From NCBI GenBank assembly GCA_963716175.1, contig OY970296.1, forward strand, positions 736,001 through 800,000: DNA of 64,000 nucleotides. The letters are read 5' to 3'. A program made the position numbers and the translations under genes. The notes beneath the pieces were generated by a model that was given only the letters and a program-made list of their open reading frames with translations, was not told the origin of the DNA and did not search any database. This document shows positions 60,755 through 64,000 of this stretch, one piece after another (position 1 is the stretch's first letter; each line of letters starts with the position of its first letter). The DNA is from an uncultured Armatimonadetes bacterium (GTDB taxonomy: Bacteria; Armatimonadota; Hebobacteria; Hebobacterales; Hebobacteraceae).

Positions 60755-62575
60755 TTAACCCGCGCTGATCCCCGCTCGCTGCAGCAGTGCAGTCTCCGTC
60801 AGAGGCGCCTGTCGTCTCTCCTCGATGTCTGCGAGCAACGGTCTGGTGTAGCGGATGGCTGCTTGCGCCACATGCATGGGGGAGACCTCTTCTGAATCCT
60901 CGAGGTCGGCGATGGTGCGGGCTACGCTCAGCGCCTGCACGCGGGTTCGCATGCTGACCGGGTACGGCAGCACGGCATGCAGGCACTCGGCAAGTCGCTC
61001 AGCCCCGTCGGAGAGGCCGAATAGGGCCTTGATCTCATCAGGCGTCTCAACCTCGCTGTTGAGCGCGCGACGCGTGCCGCCGAACCGCTCTGCTTGATGC
61101 TTCCGCGCTTTGACTACGCGGCTCCGAATATCCTGACTTCTCTCGCCGTCTCCGCGCAGGGCCAGAGCAGTGGTTGAGGAGTAGACTCTTACCTTCAGGT
61201 GTATCCTGTCCTCCAACGGACCGGAGAGCAGTTGCTCGAAGCGCCGTCGGACGCCCGGCCCGCAGATGCAGCGGTGACGCAGCTTGCTCGACCCGCACTC
61301 ACAGACGACCGCGTCCTGTGGGACGATCCGTCTGCAGCGCACGCACTGGTACTCGCCGAAGTAGCTACACCGACAGGGGTTCATCGCCGCGACCAGTATC
61401 AGGGCAGCCGGGAAGGTCACCGCGCCCGCGAGTCTGGTGACGATGGCCTTGCGATCCTGGAGTGGACCTCTGAGCTTCTCCAGTAACGGCCTCGGGAAGT
61501 CAGGGAACTCGTCCATGAGTAACACACCTCGGTGTGCGAGCGACACCTCTCCCGGCTCCGGGTCGCCTCTTCCGCCACCGAGCAGGGCCGCATGCGTCGT
61601 TCCGGGAGCAACCACGCGGAACGGCCTGGCCAGCACAAGCTCACCGTCCGACAGCAGGCCCTTTGCGCTCCAGATCCGGTTGACCTCCTGGATCTCCGTC
61701 ATGGCCAGCCGGGGATCGAGCGGAGGCAGTATCCCTGCCAGAGCCCGGGCAAGCAGAGTCTTGCCTTCCCCCTTGGGCCCGTACAGCAGGCAGTGGTGCC
61801 CGCCTGCGGCCGCGATCTCGAGGGCCCTCTTCGCCTCGCCCTGGCCGACTATCTGGCACATGTCGGGCGCGCCCTGCACAGCGTTCTTGAAGTCAGGGAG
61901 AGCCCTCCGACGCACAGGGCTCAAGCCCTTCTCTCCGGCTATCACCCCGACCGCCTCCCGCAGCGTGGACACGCAGTAGATCTCAACATCCTCGCGGCCG
62001 CACGTCCTAGCCCAGAACTGGGCCTCCCGGAGGTTCTGCTCCGGCACGATCACAACATCGCCTGGTCGCGCGCTGTCCAGTAGGCTCAGCGCTCCGGGCA
62101 CCCCTCGCACCTCCCCCTCGATGTTGATCTCACCGAATGCGAAGTAGTCGCGGTTGGCGGAGGCCTCGAGTCTTTCCGCCCACTCGATGAGCTCGTCCAC
62201 CAGACCATAGTCATCGGGGATTCCCCCGGCAGCCTCGGCGGCATCCCCTCGCTTGGCCGCCCCCTGGTGTACATGCTCCCTGGTGGCTGAGGCAATCTCG
62301 GGCATTCGCAGGAAGATGGCGAGGGCCACCGGCAGATGTAGGGCCGAGTGTCTCTTTGGAAGGTCGACAGGCTCGAACTGCACGCTGATCCGCCCATTGG
62401 GCACCGGGAGCGCGCAGCTACCAAAGGCATGGGGCAGGATGGCCCGCACCTCCCGGAGAACCGGGCCAACGTTCCCGATCAGGGAAAGCCCCTTACCACC
62501 CGCCGCATCAACCTTGCAGTTGAGTCTCACACGCTGACTGCGCCAACCCAGCAGTACTGCACCGAAGCATGGCAT
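60755..62575 (-). CDS. Atypical ComM/YifB (Mg-chelatase-like) AAA+ ATPase
   Basis: IVGQGEAKRALEIAAAGGH, Walker A GPKGEGKT, RPFR, PGEVSLAHRGVLLMDE, AAMNPCRC, SGPLEDRI, ARTIADL; GGGAGG RBS; starts 1 nt after the HNH stop. Confidence 0.9.
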   Translation of the reverse strand: MPCFGAVLLGWRSQRVRLNCKVDAAGGKGLSLIGNVGPVLREVRAILPHAFGSCALPVPNGRISVQFEPVDLPKRHSALHLPVALAIFLRMPEIASATREHVHQGAAKRGDAAEAAGGIPDDYGLVDELIEWAERLEASANRDYFAFGEINIEGEVRGVPGALSLLDSARPGDVVIVPEQNLREAQFWARTCGREDVEIYCVSTLREAVGVIAGEKGLSPVRRRALPDFKNAVQGAPDMCQIVGQGEAKRALEIAAAGGHHCLLYGPKGEGKTLLARALAGILPPLDPRLAMTEIQEVNRIWSAKGLLSDGELVLARPFRVVAPGTTHAALLGGGRGDPEPGEVSLAHRGVLLMDEFPDFPRPLLEKLRGPLQDRKAIVTRLAGAVTFPAALILVAAMNPCRCSYFGEYQCVRCRRIVPQDAVVCECGSSKLRHRCICGPGVRRRFEQLLSGPLEDRIHLKVRVYSSTTALALRGDGERSQDIRSRVVKARKHQAERFGGTRRALNSEVETPDEIKALFGLSDGAERLAECLHAVLPYPVSMRTRVQALSVARTIADLEDSEEVSPMHVAQAAIRYTRPLLADIEERRQAPLTETALLQRAGISAG

Positions 62576-62576
62576 G

Positions 62577-63176
62577 TCAGTCCTCCCGCATATGAGGGTG
62601 CTCCTGGGCGTGACAGGACTTACAGAGGAAGACCAGGTTGCCCTCTTCGCTTCCACCACCCCGGGAGACCGGGTGGGCGTGGTGCACATGCCCGTCGGGA
62701 GCGTAGCTGCCGCAGTTCTCGCAGACGAAGCCTATCCGCCGCCTGTACTGCAGTGAGATGAGGTGCCAGTCCTCGGGGTAGCCATCATCACGCGCGAGGA
62801 GCAGGCTGGCATCGGCTACCGTCGGCAGCGCGCGGATCTTCGACTGAACCTCACCAAGCTTCTGTGCATACCTACCGGCCCGCGTGAGCTCGCTTCGTGC
62901 TGCGGCGACCTCATCGGGTCTTGCCCGCCTCCGTCTTGTGGCCGGCGGCAGCCTCCAGCCCAGGCGTGCCAGCAACCACCGACCGCACCTGCGCCAGAAC
63001 GGCAGGGCTTCCTCACGACACGGCTCCCTGATGAGGCCGGTCTCCAGCGTTTCTTGGAGCGCCTGCAAGCGAGTGTGCAGCCAGGCCAACGTCTCCCCCA
63101 ACTGGTCGAGCCGTTCTCGAATGCTGACCCCCTTACTCGGCTGCACAGGATACTCGGATTCCGACTGCATAGGCAT
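62577..63176 (-). CDS. HNH endonuclease with N-terminal coiled coil
   Basis: YPEDW..CENCG..HVHHAHPVSRGGGSEEGNLVFLCKSCHAQEH. Confidence 0.88.
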   Translation of the reverse strand: MPMQSESEYPVQPSKGVSIRERLDQLGETLAWLHTRLQALQETLETGLIREPCREEALPFWRRCGRWLLARLGWRLPPATRRRRARPDEVAAARSELTRAGRYAQKLGEVQSKIRALPTVADASLLLARDDGYPEDWHLISLQYRRRIGFVCENCGSYAPDGHVHHAHPVSRGGGSEEGNLVFLCKSCHAQEHPHMRED

Positions 63177-63202
63177 CGCCCGTCAACTCTCGAACGCGGA
63201 GG

Positions 63203-63973
63203 CTACTTACCGGAGCGCAGGAACTCGTTCATGACCGTGGCCGGGTTGCCATCATCCCCAGTGTCCACAGGCGGTCCCTCGGTTGCCTGTGAACTCTCTC
63301 TACTGCTCTCATTCTGGTCCTGCCTGGGCGCAGGCGCGCCTCCGCGCTGGGGCGCTGTCTCTTCTTCGGCGGGTGGGTCTATCAGTCGCTGCCCAAGGTA
63401 CTTGATCCCCTTTTGAGTGATGGCCCACACGCCGCGTGGCGAGTCGCCCGCGAGCAGTCCCTGCTTCACCATCTGACTCTGGCTCCACGTTGCGGCATTC
63501 CGCCACCGAGGTGTGGGGTACGTGGACCCGACGGGTTCCGTGTCCTCGGGTTTGAGCTCCTCGCGGACAAGTTCATGGACCCGCTCCAGCACCTCCCGCG
63601 TCTGCGCCCTGCCGCCGAGCCCTCGCAGCGCGCGCAGGATCGGCACCACGAAGAACTCCGGCGGAGTGCGAACCCCACGAGGCAAGCGCTTGCGTCTCAC
63701 CCGCTTTCTCGTTGGCCTCTCTCGGGCAGCTCGCCTGGCGGACCGTGTCCCGCCGGAACTCAGCGAGGGTGCAAGGTCACCATTCCAGCGCTCTTCCATG
63801 GCCTCAGCCTCGCCGAGAAGCGCCTCCAGGCGCTCGCAGCCGAGTAGCAGTTGGCGCGCGGCGGCGTAGTCGCCCCGCCGAGAGGTCTCGGCGCTCTGCT
63901 CCCTCGCTTCGTCAAGCGCCGCCCGCATCTCCGTCAGCAGTAGGGAGAACGCTCCGCTCACGTCTGCCTTCAT
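63203..63973 (-). CDS. Mrr N-terminal (winged-helix) domain protein without a catalytic domain
   Basis: PILRALRGLGGRA..VLERV..PRWRNAATW..MVKQGLL..SPRGVWAITQKGIKYL. Confidence 0.85.
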   Translation of the reverse strand: MKADVSGAFSLLLTEMRAALDEAREQSAETSRRGDYAAARQLLLGCERLEALLGEAEAMEERWNGDLAPSLSSGGTRSARRAARERPTRKRVRRKRLPRGVRTPPEFFVVPILRALRGLGGRAQTREVLERVHELVREELKPEDTEPVGSTYPTPRWRNAATWSQSQMVKQGLLAGDSPRGVWAITQKGIKYLGQRLIDPPAEEETAPQRGGAPAPRQDQNESSRESSQATEGPPVDTGDDGNPATVMNEFLRSGK

Positions 63974-64000
63974 TCCGCGACCCCTCTCGCCGGAGGTGCT

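Noticed and set aside
60755-62575. Magnesium chelatase or a canonical competence locus
   Set aside because: There are no chlD/chlH, dprA or yraN neighbours in the window; the motifs fit the ComM/YifB clade in a nuclease context.

Overview
GC-rich bacterial window. The lineage is probably Armatimonadota-like, inferred from a [27 protein letters not shown] / H-X9-DG prepilin-type gene and TRDQMAVYIARA-type SLH repeats. Most of the window is accessory metabolism: glycan-active enzymes (GH129-like, PL8, three DUF4038, FG-GAP, beta-helix), amidohydrolases, creatininases, Gfo/Idh/MocA oxidoreductases and a PerR/Fur-catalase pair, mixed with decayed mobile DNA (IS3, IS21, serine-recombinase-island remnants). 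Five things stand out. (1) A tightly coupled minus-strand operon at 58.9-64 kb (Mrr_N protein, HNH nuclease, atypical ComM/YifB AAA+ ATPase, HhH-glycosylase-like protein, PGN_0703-like PD-(D/E)xK nuclease, then a large CPBP protease) sits near a tRNA-Phe and is the best candidate for an undescribed defence system. (2) Two tRNA-Phe loci 42 kb apart each have a homologous leader made of a tRNA D-arm copy plus an antisense of the D-arm, tandemly repeated as 70-bp units at the second locus. (3) An IS110 element is inserted into a Shine-Dalgarno core; its circle junction rebuilds a perfect TTGACA-N17-TATAAT promoter upstream of a bridge-RNA-like region. (4) A dispersed GACTCC..GGAGTC hairpin repeat has about 7 copies, all on the + strand. 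(5) A promoter, leader peptide and attenuator-like region precede an RNHCP gene. Several single-base frameshifts may be assembly errors. All calls come from reading the sequence by eye; no database searches were run.
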